64,000 nt of DNA from Paludibacteraceae bacterium. Lineage in GTDB: Bacteria > Bacteroidota > Bacteroidia > Bacteroidales > Paludibacteraceae. Below are positions 8,410-18,195 of the stretch, one piece after another (position 1 is the first letter of the stretch; each line of letters starts with the position of its first letter). The notes beneath the pieces were generated by a model. The model did no database searches. It worked only from the letters and a program-made list of their open reading frames with translations, and had not been told where the DNA came from. The stretch lies in assembly GCA_905233415.1 (NCBI GenBank), contig CAJOEX010000003.1, forward strand, positions 21,630 through 85,629, in the 5' to 3' direction. Position numbers and translations under genes: made by a program.

Positions 8410-8763
8410 ATGGATTTGATGAAGATTGCCGAAGAGGCATTTGCAGGCGAGAAGAAAGAGTTTCCCGCATTCGCAGCAGGTGACCAAATCACCGTAGCTT
8501 ATCGTATTAAAGAAGGTAACAAGGAGCGTGTCCAAGAGTTCCGTGGCGATGTAATCGCTATTCACGGCAGCGAAGACAAGAAACGCTTCACGGTTCGCAA
8601 AATGTCCGGCAACGTCGGCGTTGAGCGTATCTTCCCGATGGACAGCCCGTTTATTGAGAAGATTACCGTCAACAAGTATGGTAAAGTCCGCCGCGCGAAA
8701 CTGTATTACCTGCGTGACCTCACCGGTAAGAAAGCTCGTATTCCTGAAAGACGAGTTAAGTAA
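8410..8763 (+). CDS. rplS: 50S ribosomal protein L19
   Basis: FRGDVIAIHGSEDKKRFTVRKMSGNVGVERIFPMDSPFIEKITVNKYGKVRRAKLYYLRDLTGKKARI is diagnostic of L19. Confidence 0.95.
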   Translation: MDLMKIAEEAFAGEKKEFPAFAAGDQITVAYRIKEGNKERVQEFRGDVIAIHGSEDKKRFTVRKMSGNVGVERIFPMDSPFIEKITVNKYGKVRRAKLYYLRDLTGKKARIPERRVK

Positions 8764-8767
8764 GAAG

Positions 8768-8790
8768 AAAGCGGCTGAAGCCGCTTTTTT
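8768..8790 (+). terminator. Rho-independent terminator after rplS
   Basis: aaagcggc-tgaa-gccgcttt hairpin followed by a T-run. Confidence 0.8.
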
Positions 8791-8794
8791 AATT

Positions 8795-8828
8795 TACGAT
8801 TTGGCGATTTACGATTTAGCGATTTAGC
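8795..8828. repeat. Short tandem CGATTT(A/G) words
   Basis: tacgatttggcgatttacgatttagcgatttagc. It contains cgatttacgattt (8805-8817), the exact reverse complement of aaatcgtaaatcg at 42458-42470. Confidence 0.85.
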
Positions 8829-8832
8829 AGCT

Positions 8833-10866
8833 ATTTATCAATTAGAATCAACATATAAACCGACAGGAGACCAGCCGGAAGCGATAAAAGCGTTGGTGGA
8901 AGGCGTGCGGGCAGGTGCTCCGGCACAGACATTGCTCGGCGTGACCGGTAGTGGCAAGACATTCACCATTGCGAATGTCATAGCGCAATTGAACCGTCCG
9001 ACATTGATACTTTCGCACAACAAGACGTTGGCGGCACAACTGTATTCAGAAATGAAGGCGTTCTTTCCGAAGAATGCGGTTGAGTACTTTGTGTCATACT
9101 ATGATTACTATCAGCCCGAAGCGTATATCCCTTCGACAGACACGTACATCGAGAAAGACCTGAGCATCAATGAAGAAATCGACCGTTTGCGGCTGAGCGC
9201 GACGGCAGCGTTGCTGTCCGGCAGAAAGGATGTGATTGTCGTTTCGTCGGTCAGCTGTCTTTACGGTATCGGTTCGCCGCAGGACTTTTCGCAGAACTGC
9301 ATCGCTCTCAAACAGGGCGATTTGCTGCCGATGGACGAATTGCTCAAGCAGCTTGTCGGAGCACAGTATATCCGCAACGACCTTGATTTGACGCGCGGGC
9401 GCTTCCGCGTCAAGGGTGATACCATTGATATTGCCATTGCTTACGCAGACTATATTCTGCGGGTGGAGTTCTTCGGGAATGAAATAGACCGGATTTCAAC
9501 CGTTTCGCTTGCCGGGTGTACGGAGGAAGAGTTTGCGGCGTTCAACATCTATCCGGCAACGATATTCTGTACCTCGAAGGAGCGAATCGAGTCAGCGATG
9601 GCGCAAATCAAACTGGATCTGGCAAACCAAGTGGCGTATTTTCAGTCCATCGGTGAGGAGATTTATGCCAATCGTATCGAAGAGCGCGTGAAATATGACC
9701 TTGAAATGATTCAGGAGCTCGGCTACTGTTCCGGCGTGGAGAACTACAGCCGGTACTTTGACGGCCGCGAGGCGGGAATGCCGCCATATTGCCTGATTGA
9801 TTATTTCCCGAAAGACATGCTGCTTGTGGTGGATGAAAGCCATGTGACGATGCCGCAGATACACGGCATGTACGGCGGTGACAAGTCAAGGAAGGAGAAC
9901 CTGGTCAATTACGGTTTCCGTCTGCCGGCAGCAAAAGACAACCGCCCACTGACGTTTGATGAGTTTGAGCAGAAAGTGGGACTTGCAAGCAATAGCGGCG
10001 GTCAGACCATCTTTCTTTCCGCTACGCCTGCGGATTACGAATTGGAGAAGTCCGAAGGCATTGTCATAGACCAGCTTATCCGTCCGACAGGACTGCTTGA
10101 CCCCGAAATCGAAGTGCGTCCTAGTCTGCACCAAGTGGATGATTTGATGGAGGAAATACGCGTGCGGGTGCAGCGTGAAGAGCGTGTGCTGGTCACAACT
10201 CTGACCAAGCGGATGGCGGAGGAACTTGACGATTACCTGCGGCGTTACGGGGTGCGCTCGGCATATATACACTCGGATATTGATACCATTGAGCGTGTGA
10301 AAATCATGGAAGACCTGCGCAAAGGGTTGTACGATGTGCTGGTCGGCGTGAATCTGCTGCGTGAAGGACTGGATTTGCCGGAAGTGAGTCTGGTGGCAAT
10401 ATTTGATGCGGACAAGGAAGGTTTCCTGCGGGACAAACGCAGTCTGACGCAGACTGTAGGTCGTGCGGCACGGCACGTCAACGGCAAAGCGATTCTGTAT
10501 GCCGACAAGATAACACCGTCCATGCAGGCAACGATAGACGAGACCAACCGCCGTCGCGAGAAACAGATTGCCTACAACACGGCACACCATATCACGCCGA
10601 CTGCAATCAAAAAAGATATCAATACATCCGCATTGGCGGCACTGTATAAAGATGCCGAGGCAGAGAAGGCAAAAGTTGAGACCGCTATCCGCGAGAGCTG
10701 GAAGACGGCTGCCTGGCAGACGATGTCGCGCAAGGAACTGGAACGTGCCATCGAAAAGCAGCGCCGACTGATGCTGGCTGCAGCCAAGGACCTTGACTTT
10801 ACAACAGCAGCCCGTCTGCGTGACGAGCTGCTGCAGATGTCCGACAGGCTGGACACGCTGTTATAA
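8833..10866 (+). CDS. uvrB: Excinuclease ABC subunit B. Start codon uncertain, probably ATT at 8833
   Basis: ...YKPTGDQPEAIKALVEGVRAGAPAQTLLGVTGSGKTFTIANVIA..., helicase motifs, and a C-terminal UVR motif (AAKDLDFTTAARLRDELLQM). The ORF-track TTG at 8893 would remove the conserved YKPTGDQP motif, which is encoded in frame upstream. Confidence 0.9.
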   Translation: MYQLESTYKPTGDQPEAIKALVEGVRAGAPAQTLLGVTGSGKTFTIANVIAQLNRPTLILSHNKTLAAQLYSEMKAFFPKNAVEYFVSYYDYYQPEAYIPSTDTYIEKDLSINEEIDRLRLSATAALLSGRKDVIVVSSVSCLYGIGSPQDFSQNCIALKQGDLLPMDELLKQLVGAQYIRNDLDLTRGRFRVKGDTIDIAIAYADYILRVEFFGNEIDRISTVSLAGCTEEEFAAFNIYPATIFCTSKERIESAMAQIKLDLANQVAYFQSIGEEIYANRIEERVKYDLEMIQELGYCSGVENYSRYFDGREAGMPPYCLIDYFPKDMLLVVDESHVTMPQIHGMYGGDKSRKENLVNYGFRLPAAKDNRPLTFDEFEQKVGLASNSGGQTIFLSATPADYELEKSEGIVIDQLIRPTGLLDPEIEVRPSLHQVDDLMEEIRVRVQREERVLVTTLTKRMAEELDDYLRRYGVRSAYIHSDIDTIERVKIMEDLRKGLYDVLVGVNLLREGLDLPEVSLVAIFDADKEGFLRDKRSLTQTVGRAARHVNGKAILYADKITPSMQATIDETNRRREKQIAYNTAHHITPTAIKKDINTSALAALYKDAEAEKAKVETAIRESWKTAAWQTMSRKELERAIEKQRRLMLAAAKDLDFTTAARLRDELLQMSDRLDTLL

Positions 10867-11826
10867 TTATTTCTTGATTTTGTCAAATCCCTGCCCGAAT
10901 ACGCCGGAAACATTGGCATAGCTGACAAAAGCGTTCGGGTCGATAGCCTTAATCCACTTCAAAATAAGCGGACTCTCATGTTTGCGGGCAAGCACGGTAA
11001 CAACCATGATAGGCTGTTTGCTGTACCATCCTTTGCCGTCCAGCACTGTCACGCCTCGATGCACGTGCGTATTGATGGCGGTTGCGATGTCGGCGGCTTT
11101 TGTCGAGAAGATGAAGAACTGTACCGATTGGCGGATGCGGGACATAAACCAGTCCAATGCCGCGGTGTAGCACAAGGTCATGCTCATACCGTACAGGATA
11201 CGCTTGAGCTTGAATTCCGTAACGTCAGTCACTTGCGCAGCCAGCGAATCAGGAATAGGCAGGAAATAACTGGATAGCACGATAATCACATCGCAGAAGA
11301 CCATCACTTTGCCTAAAGAAATATCTCGGTAGTTATTGACAATCATGGCGATGATATCCGTTCCGCCGGATGAACCGTTGTTAAGCATTACAATGCCCAG
11401 ACAGATGCCGAAGAATGCACCGCCGATGATACATCCAAGCAAGGGCTCTTCAATAAATGGCACTTCGCGAATAGGTATCATACGATACCAAAAAGCCAAC
11501 GAGACAACGCCGAAAATGGTACGGATACAGAATCTCCAACCGATGGTGAATGCTGCAATGGCGAGCAACACCGAGTTGAAAATCAGTGTCGTCAGCCAAA
11601 TCGGGATAGCGCCATTGTATGTGGGGAACAAGTCATGGAAGAAACCTTGCGTGGCATAGTAAATAATCGAACATATACCTGTCATACCGCCACCGGCAAT
11701 GTTGTGAGGTATAAAAATCCAGTTTACGGTCAATGCGAACGGACATAGTGTCACAAAAATCAAAATATACTCCCGAATAATTTCGAGTTTGTGCTGGCGG
11801 GGAGTCGGTATAATGTGCGGATTCAT
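10867..11826 (-). CDS. YitT-family membrane protein (DUF2179 C-terminal domain)
   Basis: Multi-TM N-terminal part with NNGSSGGTDI, and C-terminal ...RGVTVLDGKGWYS...VVTVLARKHE...IKAIDPNAFVSYANVSGVFGQGF. Confidence 0.8.
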   Translation of the reverse strand: MNPHIIPTPRQHKLEIIREYILIFVTLCPFALTVNWIFIPHNIAGGGMTGICSIIYYATQGFFHDLFPTYNGAIPIWLTTLIFNSVLLAIAAFTIGWRFCIRTIFGVVSLAFWYRMIPIREVPFIEEPLLGCIIGGAFFGICLGIVMLNNGSSGGTDIIAMIVNNYRDISLGKVMVFCDVIIVLSSYFLPIPDSLAAQVTDVTEFKLKRILYGMSMTLCYTAALDWFMSRIRQSVQFFIFSTKAADIATAINTHVHRGVTVLDGKGWYSKQPIMVVTVLARKHESPLILKWIKAIDPNAFVSYANVSGVFGQGFDKIKK

Positions 11827-11851
11827 GGATAAGTGATGATTGAATTGCTGT

Positions 11852-12763
11852 TTACTGCTCTTTTATAGACTCAAAGCCTCGTCCGAATACGCCCATTGTC
11901 TGTGTCTCGGAAACAAAAGCATCAGGGTCAATAGCCCTTACAAGGCGGAAGATACGCGTTGATTCGTTTTTGCGGGCGATAACGGTAATAACCTTCATAT
12001 CCTGATTGGTGTAGCCGCCGTGCCCGTCAAGAATGGTCACACCGCGCGGAACCTGCGTCATAATCGCATGGGCAATCTGCTTGTAGTGCGCCGAGAAGAT
12101 GAAGAACTGCACCGACTGGCGCACACGGTTCATGATCCAGTCAACAGCCGTTGAGGACATGAATGTGTAGCACAGACCAAACAGCACTTTCTCGATACTA
12201 TGCACTTCCGGCAGAAAATAGGCGCCCGTGATGATAAAGATATTGCTTGCCAGCATGGCCCGTCCCATCGGCAGATGTCCGAACTTGGCAACAATAGCAG
12301 CCACGATATCCGTGCCGCCTGTCGAACCGTTATTGAGTAGCACAATCCCTAATCCTGTGCCGGAGAACAATCCGCCCAAAATAACTGCCATGAACGGGTC
12401 TGTAATAGCCGGTGTTTCGGGAATCGGAATCACTTTGAACCAAACAGTCAGGCAGGCAACACCGTACAAAGTACGTAGTGTAAACTGCCAGCCGACCAGT
12501 TTGAAAGCCGCCAGCAACAGACCGATGTTGATGACAAAGTTCGTTGCCCAAACAGGCAGCAAACCGTCCGTTGCGAAGTACAATATCTCACAAAAACCTG
12601 CCAATCCTCCACCGACAATTGCATGTGGAATAAGCAAACGGTTCACCGCAATAGCAAAAGGTGCACAGCATAAAGCAATGACAAGCAACTCTTTCGCCTC
12701 TACGAAAGGTCTCCAACGGCGGTATTGCCGCAGACGCTCTGCCAGTTTCTCCCGATTAGCCAT
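11852..12763 (-). CDS. YitT-family membrane protein (tandem paralogue)
   Basis: Same architecture: NNGSTGGTDI, RGVTILDGHGGYT, AIDPDAFVSETQTMGVFGRGF. Its start lies 1 nt after the gcvP stop. Confidence 0.8.
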   Translation of the reverse strand: MANREKLAERLRQYRRWRPFVEAKELLVIALCCAPFAIAVNRLLIPHAIVGGGLAGFCEILYFATDGLLPVWATNFVINIGLLLAAFKLVGWQFTLRTLYGVACLTVWFKVIPIPETPAITDPFMAVILGGLFSGTGLGIVLLNNGSTGGTDIVAAIVAKFGHLPMGRAMLASNIFIITGAYFLPEVHSIEKVLFGLCYTFMSSTAVDWIMNRVRQSVQFFIFSAHYKQIAHAIMTQVPRGVTILDGHGGYTNQDMKVITVIARKNESTRIFRLVRAIDPDAFVSETQTMGVFGRGFESIKEQ

Positions 12764-12764
12764 T

Positions 12765-15572
12765 TTAATATCTTGCCACTAAATTTCTGTCGCCGAAACC
12801 GTTGTCCACGCGGCAGACCGGAATCCAAAACTTGTTGTCACGCACCCAGTCGGTCGGGTAGGCGGCTTTCTCACGAGAATAGGGGTGATTCCATTCGTTC
12901 GCCACAATCTCGTATTCTGCGTGAGGCGCATTGACCAGTACATTGTCTTTCGGGTCCGCCTCGCCGCGCTCAATCTCAGCGATTTCTGCGCGAATGGTCA
13001 GCAGCGCATCAATGAAACGGTCCAATTCGGCTTTTGACTCGGACTCTGTCGGTTCCACCATCAACGTGCCATGAACAGGGAATGACAGCGTCGGCGCATG
13101 ATAGCCGAAGTCCATCAAACGCTTCGCGACATCGCTTTCGGTGATGCCGATGGCATGGAACTGCCGGCAGTCCAGAATCAACTCGTGCCCGACACGACCG
13201 TTCACGCCGGTATAAACAATTCCGTATGCGTCGCGTAGTTTGGCAGCCATATAGTTTGCACTGAGAATGGCGTTGGCAGTCGCTTCGCGAAGACTTTCAA
13301 ATCCCATCATCCGGATGTATCCATAGGCTATAAGTGCCATGTTTGCGTTTCCGAACAAGGCGGAAGATACGCGGTTCTTGTCTTCGGATGGCAGGAAAGA
13401 AATAAGGTGCTTTGCGCAGCAAACGGCTCCCACACCGGGACCGCCGCCACCATGAGGTGATGCAAAAGATTTGTGCAGGTTCAAGTGGCAGATGTCCGCC
13501 CCGATAATTCCGGGATTGGTGTAGCCTATTTGTGCGTTCATGTTGGCGCCGTCCATATAAACCTGTCCGCCGTTGGCATGAATGATGTCGCACATCTCAC
13601 GAATAGCCATTTCAAAGATACCGTGTGTGGAAGGGTAGGTAATCATGCAGCCGGCAAGGTCGTCCTTGTGCACTTCAGCCTTGGCGCGCCAGTCTGCAAG
13701 GTCGGTGTTGCCGCCTTCGTCGCACTTGACAATAACCGGAGTAAAGCCTGCTTGCGCACAAGATGCAGGATTGGTTCCGTGTGCCGATTCAGGAATCAGC
13801 AGCACGTTGCGATGTGCTTGCCCATTGGCACGGAGATATTCGCGAATTGTTACCAAACCCGTATATTCGCCTGCAGCACCTGATGTCGGCTGCAAGTTAC
13901 ATGCATCAAAGCCGGTAATAACGGTCAGTTGCTGCTCCAGTTCTTCGAGCATTTCGGCAAAACCTTCCACCTGTTCAGCCGGAGCAAGCGGATGTGCCGT
14001 TGTCCAACCGTTGGCGGTAATGGGAATCATTGCCGCTGCCGGATTAAGTTTCATTGTGCATGAACCTAACGGAATCATGGAATGCGTCAAACTGATGTCT
14101 TTGCGGTCAAGACGCTTGATATAACGCATCAGCTCTGTTTCCGTGTGATATTGCTTGAAGATGTCAGCCTGCAGGTAATCTACTTCGCGGACGCGGTTTT
14201 CGTCAATCGCCCAAAGTCCCTCAAATGCGTCTTCACTGTCTTCGTACTGCGGCAGATTGTTGCTCGCTTCGGCAAACAACTCTATCAGGTCGTTCATCGT
14301 GTCAAGTGTCACTGTTTCGTCAATTGACAAGCCAATCCAACCTTCTTCGGAATAATACAGATTGATGCCCTTTTCTTCGGCGGTTTTGCGGATGTTATCC
14401 GCGTTGGCGCGTATTTTCAATGTATCAAAGAACTCCGTATTTTCCTGCTCAAAACCATAGGCTTGCAGCATTTCATTCAAATAAACGGCTTTGCCGTGAA
14501 TACCTTCGGCAATCTCGCGAAGTCCTTCTGCACCGTGGAACACTCCGTAAAAGCCTGCCATCATCGCGCATAGTGCTTCCGCTGTGCAGATATTCGATGT
14601 TGCCTTTTCGCGTTTTATATGTTGCTCGCGCGTCTGCAAGGCCAGACGGTATGCCGGCTTGTCGTGTGTGTCTTTGCTCAAACCGATGATGCGTCCGGGC
14701 ATGTCGCGTTTATATTCTTCGCGAGTCGCCATATAGCCTGCTGTCGGACCTCCAAAGCCTACCGGCAGACCGAAACGCTGTGCCGAACCGACCATGATAT
14801 CCGCGTCCAACGGTTTGAGCAACGCTAATGCCATCGGGTCTGCGATAACTGTTATCTTCAAACCTGCGTTATGGCAATCTGCCACAAAATCTTCGTAATC
14901 CTCAATACTTCCGTCAGCATTCGGACATTGGATAAGTGCGCCGAAATAAGTATTGTCAGCCCTGTTAAACAATCTCCAGTCGCCAATCTCCAATTCAATT
15001 CCCTGTCCTGCTGCACGGGTCTTGAGTACGCTCAGTGTGTTCGGGAAAATCTTTTTGTCCACAAACACTTTGTTCACGCCGTTTTTGACTTGTTCGCGCG
15101 ACCGCAGATTCCGCATCATCGTTACTGCTTCTGCAGCAGCTGTCGCTTCGTCCAACAACGAACAGTTGGCGAGTGGCAGGCCTGTCAGGTCACTAATCAT
15201 TGTTTGGAACACGAACAACGCTTCCAAGCGTCCTTGACTAACTTCCGCTTGATATGGCGTGTAGGATGTGTACCAAACGGGATTTTCCAGTACGTTTCGC
15301 TGAATGACTGCCGGTGTAATGGTTCCATACCATCCGCGTCCGATAAGGGATTTGAAAGGCAGATTCTTTTCCGCCATGGCAGCCAGCGAGTCCAGATGTT
15401 CCTGCTCGGTCAGCGGTTCATCCAGTTCAAGCGGCTTTGGCAGCAGAATCTCTGCCGGCATCGTTTGTGCGATTAGTTGTTCGATGGATTCGGCACCGAT
15501 AGTTTTTAGCATTTCCTTGCGGTCAGCATCATTTAGACCGATGTGCCTGTTTTTAAGGTAATTGACGTTCAT
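12765..15572 (-). CDS. gcvP: Glycine dehydrogenase (aminomethyl-transferring), single-chain P protein
   Basis: 935 aa. N-terminus MNVNYLKNRHIGLNDADRKEMLKTIG, ...YTPYQAEVSQGRLEALF..., and the PLP region HLNLHKSFASPHGGGGPG. Confidence 0.95.
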   Translation of the reverse strand: MNVNYLKNRHIGLNDADRKEMLKTIGAESIEQLIAQTMPAEILLPKPLELDEPLTEQEHLDSLAAMAEKNLPFKSLIGRGWYGTITPAVIQRNVLENPVWYTSYTPYQAEVSQGRLEALFVFQTMISDLTGLPLANCSLLDEATAAAEAVTMMRNLRSREQVKNGVNKVFVDKKIFPNTLSVLKTRAAGQGIELEIGDWRLFNRADNTYFGALIQCPNADGSIEDYEDFVADCHNAGLKITVIADPMALALLKPLDADIMVGSAQRFGLPVGFGGPTAGYMATREEYKRDMPGRIIGLSKDTHDKPAYRLALQTREQHIKREKATSNICTAEALCAMMAGFYGVFHGAEGLREIAEGIHGKAVYLNEMLQAYGFEQENTEFFDTLKIRANADNIRKTAEEKGINLYYSEEGWIGLSIDETVTLDTMNDLIELFAEASNNLPQYEDSEDAFEGLWAIDENRVREVDYLQADIFKQYHTETELMRYIKRLDRKDISLTHSMIPLGSCTMKLNPAAAMIPITANGWTTAHPLAPAEQVEGFAEMLEELEQQLTVITGFDACNLQPTSGAAGEYTGLVTIREYLRANGQAHRNVLLIPESAHGTNPASCAQAGFTPVIVKCDEGGNTDLADWRAKAEVHKDDLAGCMITYPSTHGIFEMAIREMCDIIHANGGQVYMDGANMNAQIGYTNPGIIGADICHLNLHKSFASPHGGGGPGVGAVCCAKHLISFLPSEDKNRVSSALFGNANMALIAYGYIRMMGFESLREATANAILSANYMAAKLRDAYGIVYTGVNGRVGHELILDCRQFHAIGITESDVAKRLMDFGYHAPTLSFPVHGTLMVEPTESESKAELDRFIDALLTIRAEIAEIERGEADPKDNVLVNAPHAEYEIVANEWNHPYSREKAAYPTDWVRDNKFWIPVCRVDNGFGDRNLVARY

Positions 15573-15629
15573 ATTTTATTGATTTTCTGGCGGATTATAT
15601 TAATTCATGTTTGAATTCTTTACAGACTG

Positions 15630-15637
15630 CAAAAGTA
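15630..15637 (-). promoter_or_regulatory. -7 box TActTTTG for gcvP
   Basis: The plus strand reads caaaagta, about 55 nt upstream of the gcvP ATG. Confidence 0.5.
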
Positions 15638-15730
15638 CTGCTTTTTTTTGATATACGCAAATTTTTCGTAACTAAGCAAATATTATTGGAATAAATTTGA
15701 CTTTTTTTTGCACATGTGCGAATTTTGTTG

Positions 15731-15738
15731 TACTTTTG
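15731..15738 (+). promoter_or_regulatory. -7 box TActTTTG for lepA
   Basis: tacttttg ends 8 nt before the ATG at 15747, which implies a very short leader. The spacing is tight, so this is tentative. Confidence 0.4.
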
Positions 15739-15746
15739 CAGCCGAA

Positions 15747-17522
15747 ATGAAAAATATACGCAATTTTTGCATAATCGCCCATATTGACCACGGCAAGAGT
15801 ACGTTGGCGGACCGGATGCTGGAGATGACCGGCACGGTGGATATGAAGCAGATGGAGAACCAGGTGCTTGACGACATGGATTTGGAGAAGGAGCGTGGTA
15901 TCACCATCAAATCCCATGCGATTCAGATGAATTACAAGGGTTATATCCTCAACCTTATTGACACTCCGGGGCACGTGGATTTTTCATATGAGGTAAGCCG
16001 TTCGATTGCCGCCTGTGAGGGTGCGCTACTTGTAGTGGATGCCACACAGGGCGTGCAAGCACAGACGATTTCCAACCTGTATATGGCTCTGGACCATGAT
16101 TTGGAAATTATTCCTGTCATGAACAAGTGCGACATGGACTCTGCGATGCCGGATATGGTGGAGGACGAGATAATTGATTTGCTTGGCTGCAAGCGTGAGG
16201 AAATCTTGCGTTGTTCCGCCAAAACAGGTGAAGGGGTAGGGGCTGTTCTGGATGCGATTGTTGAGCGTATTCCTGCGCCGGAAGGCGATCCCGAAGCACC
16301 CTTGCAATGTCTGGTGTTTGACTCGGTATTCAATCCGTTCCGTGGCATTATAGGTTATTTCAAGGTTGTGAACGGAACGCTCAATACCGGTGACCGTGTG
16401 CGTTTCTTTAACACCGGCAAGGAATATGATGCGGATGAAGTGGGCGTGCTCAAACTTGACATGTTGCCCACAAAGTCTATTTCGGCAGGGAATGTCGGGT
16501 ATATCATCTCCGGTATAAAAACTTCTACAGAAGTGAAGGTCGGCGATACTATTACGCATGTTGCCCGTCCTTGCGAAAAAGCGATTGACGGTTTCCAAGA
16601 GGCGAAACCTATGGTGTTTGCAGGCGTTTATCCGATTGAGGCGGAGGATTATGAGGACTTGCGTAGTTCGTTGGAGAAACTGCAGCTCAATGATGCTTCG
16701 TTGAGTTTCCAGCCGGAGTCGTCGATGGCGCTCGGTTTCGGTTTCCGCTGCGGTTTCCTCGGATTGCTGCACATGGAAATTATTCAAGAGCGTCTGGACC
16801 GTGAGTTTGATATGAACGTCATCACAACCGTTCCGAACGTAAGTTACAACGTATATCTGAAAGACGGTTCGATGGTGGAGGTGCATAATCCGGCGGGAAT
16901 GCCCGATCTAACGGTGATTGACCGCATAGAGGAACCCTATATTCGAGCGTCTGTCATTACCACTTCACCATATATTGGTCCCATAATGACACTCTGCCTT
17001 GGCAAACGAGGCGAATTGGTGAAGCAGGAATATATTTCCGGCGACCGCATGGAGTTGCTGTTTGATATGCCACTTGGCGAAATCGTGATAGACTTCTATG
17101 ACAAACTCAAGTCCATATCAAAGGGCTATGCGTCATTTGACTGGCACACCAACGGTTTCCGTCCGTCGAATCTTGTGAAACTGGATATTCTACTGAACGG
17201 CGAGCAGGTGGATGCGTTGTCAACCCTCACGCATCGTGACAATGCCGTTGATTTCGGACGCCGCATGTGTGAGAAACTGAAGGAGTTGCTTCCGCGTCAG
17301 CAGTTTGATATTGCCATTCAGGCGGCAATCGGTGCGAAGATTATCGCACGCGAAACGGTTAAGCAGGTTCGCAAGGATGTGCTTGCCAAATGCTACGGTG
17401 GTGATGTAAGCCGCAAACGCAAACTGCTTGAGAAACAGAAGCGTGGTAAGAAGCGTATGAAGCAGATTGGCAATGTCGAAGTGCCTCAAAAGGCTTTCCT
17501 TGCTGTACTCAAGTTGGACTAA
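15747..17522 (+). CDS. lepA: Translation elongation factor 4
   Basis: [31 protein letters not shown], and a C-terminal LepA_C ([26 protein letters not shown]). The ORF-track TTG at 15708 adds 13 non-conserved residues, so I use the ATG at 15747. Confidence 0.95.
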   Translation: MKNIRNFCIIAHIDHGKSTLADRMLEMTGTVDMKQMENQVLDDMDLEKERGITIKSHAIQMNYKGYILNLIDTPGHVDFSYEVSRSIAACEGALLVVDATQGVQAQTISNLYMALDHDLEIIPVMNKCDMDSAMPDMVEDEIIDLLGCKREEILRCSAKTGEGVGAVLDAIVERIPAPEGDPEAPLQCLVFDSVFNPFRGIIGYFKVVNGTLNTGDRVRFFNTGKEYDADEVGVLKLDMLPTKSISAGNVGYIISGIKTSTEVKVGDTITHVARPCEKAIDGFQEAKPMVFAGVYPIEAEDYEDLRSSLEKLQLNDASLSFQPESSMALGFGFRCGFLGLLHMEIIQERLDREFDMNVITTVPNVSYNVYLKDGSMVEVHNPAGMPDLTVIDRIEEPYIRASVITTSPYIGPIMTLCLGKRGELVKQEYISGDRMELLFDMPLGEIVIDFYDKLKSISKGYASFDWHTNGFRPSNLVKLDILLNGEQVDALSTLTHRDNAVDFGRRMCEKLKELLPRQQFDIAIQAAIGAKIIARETVKQVRKDVLAKCYGGDVSRKRKLLEKQKRGKKRMKQIGNVEVPQKAFLAVLKLD

Positions 17523-17532
17523 ATAACAACAA

Positions 17533-17560
17533 AAAAGTGACTCGGATGAGCCACTTTTTT
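17533..17560. terminator. Shared (bidirectional) terminator between lepA and the minus-strand cluster
   Basis: aaaagtgactc-ggat-gagccactttt has one mismatch, with an A-run on one side and a T-run on the other. Confidence 0.6.
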
Positions 17561-17577
17561 GTTTGCAGATAAGTAGA

Positions 17578-18153
17578 TTAGTTACCGGCTGCAAGTTTGT
17601 CCATCTCAGCATCGAAGGTCTTCTTGAACTGCTCATACTCGAAATCGGTGCGCAGTTTCTCGCTGTCGGAGATAGCCTTCTTGGTGTTGTCCAGCAGAGC
17701 TTCCATCAGTTCGTTGGAAGTGAGCTCAACAGCAACATAAGCGTGGTAAACGATTCTGCCGTCTTTGTCCTCTGAACGGGTTACTTTGTCGCAAACTGCA
17801 ACAGAACCACGAAGCTTCTGGTTTACAACCATGCGGCTGAGGTCTTTGGTACGTGCGCGGAAGTCAGCAGCCTCGTCCAGATCATAGGAAGACGAGAAGT
17901 TCTCCAGAACGCGTTGCATTGAGGTCTCAATGCTGGTAGCGAGCTCACGACGAGCAGCTGCCAGAGCTTTGTCGGTCGCATTTTGCATGTTCGGAGAAAT
18001 AGCGTTAGCATTTGCGCGGAGAGTGGTCTTGTCAGTTTTGAACTCTTTGCAAGGAACAACTACTTCAACTTCACCTTTTGTCGGGGCAACTTTCTTGCCG
18101 CCACAGCTTACCATTACGAGGGTAGCTGCCAATACACATAATACTTTCTTCAT
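17578..18153 (-). CDS. Exported lipoprotein, LPP20-like (tentative), function unknown
   Basis: Lipobox MKKVLCVLAATLVMVSC. ...ISPNMQNATDKALAAARRELATSIETSMQRVLENF resembles the LPP20 helix pattern as I remember it. Confidence 0.6.
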   Translation of the reverse strand: MKKVLCVLAATLVMVSCGGKKVAPTKGEVEVVVPCKEFKTDKTTLRANANAISPNMQNATDKALAAARRELATSIETSMQRVLENFSSSYDLDEAADFRARTKDLSRMVVNQKLRGSVAVCDKVTRSEDKDGRIVYHAYVAVELTSNELMEALLDNTKKAISDSEKLRTDFEYEQFKKTFDAEMDKLAAGN

Positions 18154-18195
18154 AATTGAATGAATTTAATTGTTAATAATTGGGTTAATTAACGT

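Noticed and set aside
8893-8895. TTG at 8893 as the uvrB start
   Set aside because: It would delete the in-frame, conserved YKPTGDQPEAI motif encoded immediately upstream.
15573-15629. Glycine riboswitch upstream of gcvP
   Set aside because: The predicted leader is only about 50 nt, too short for even a single glycine aptamer. I saw no conserved aptamer-like features.
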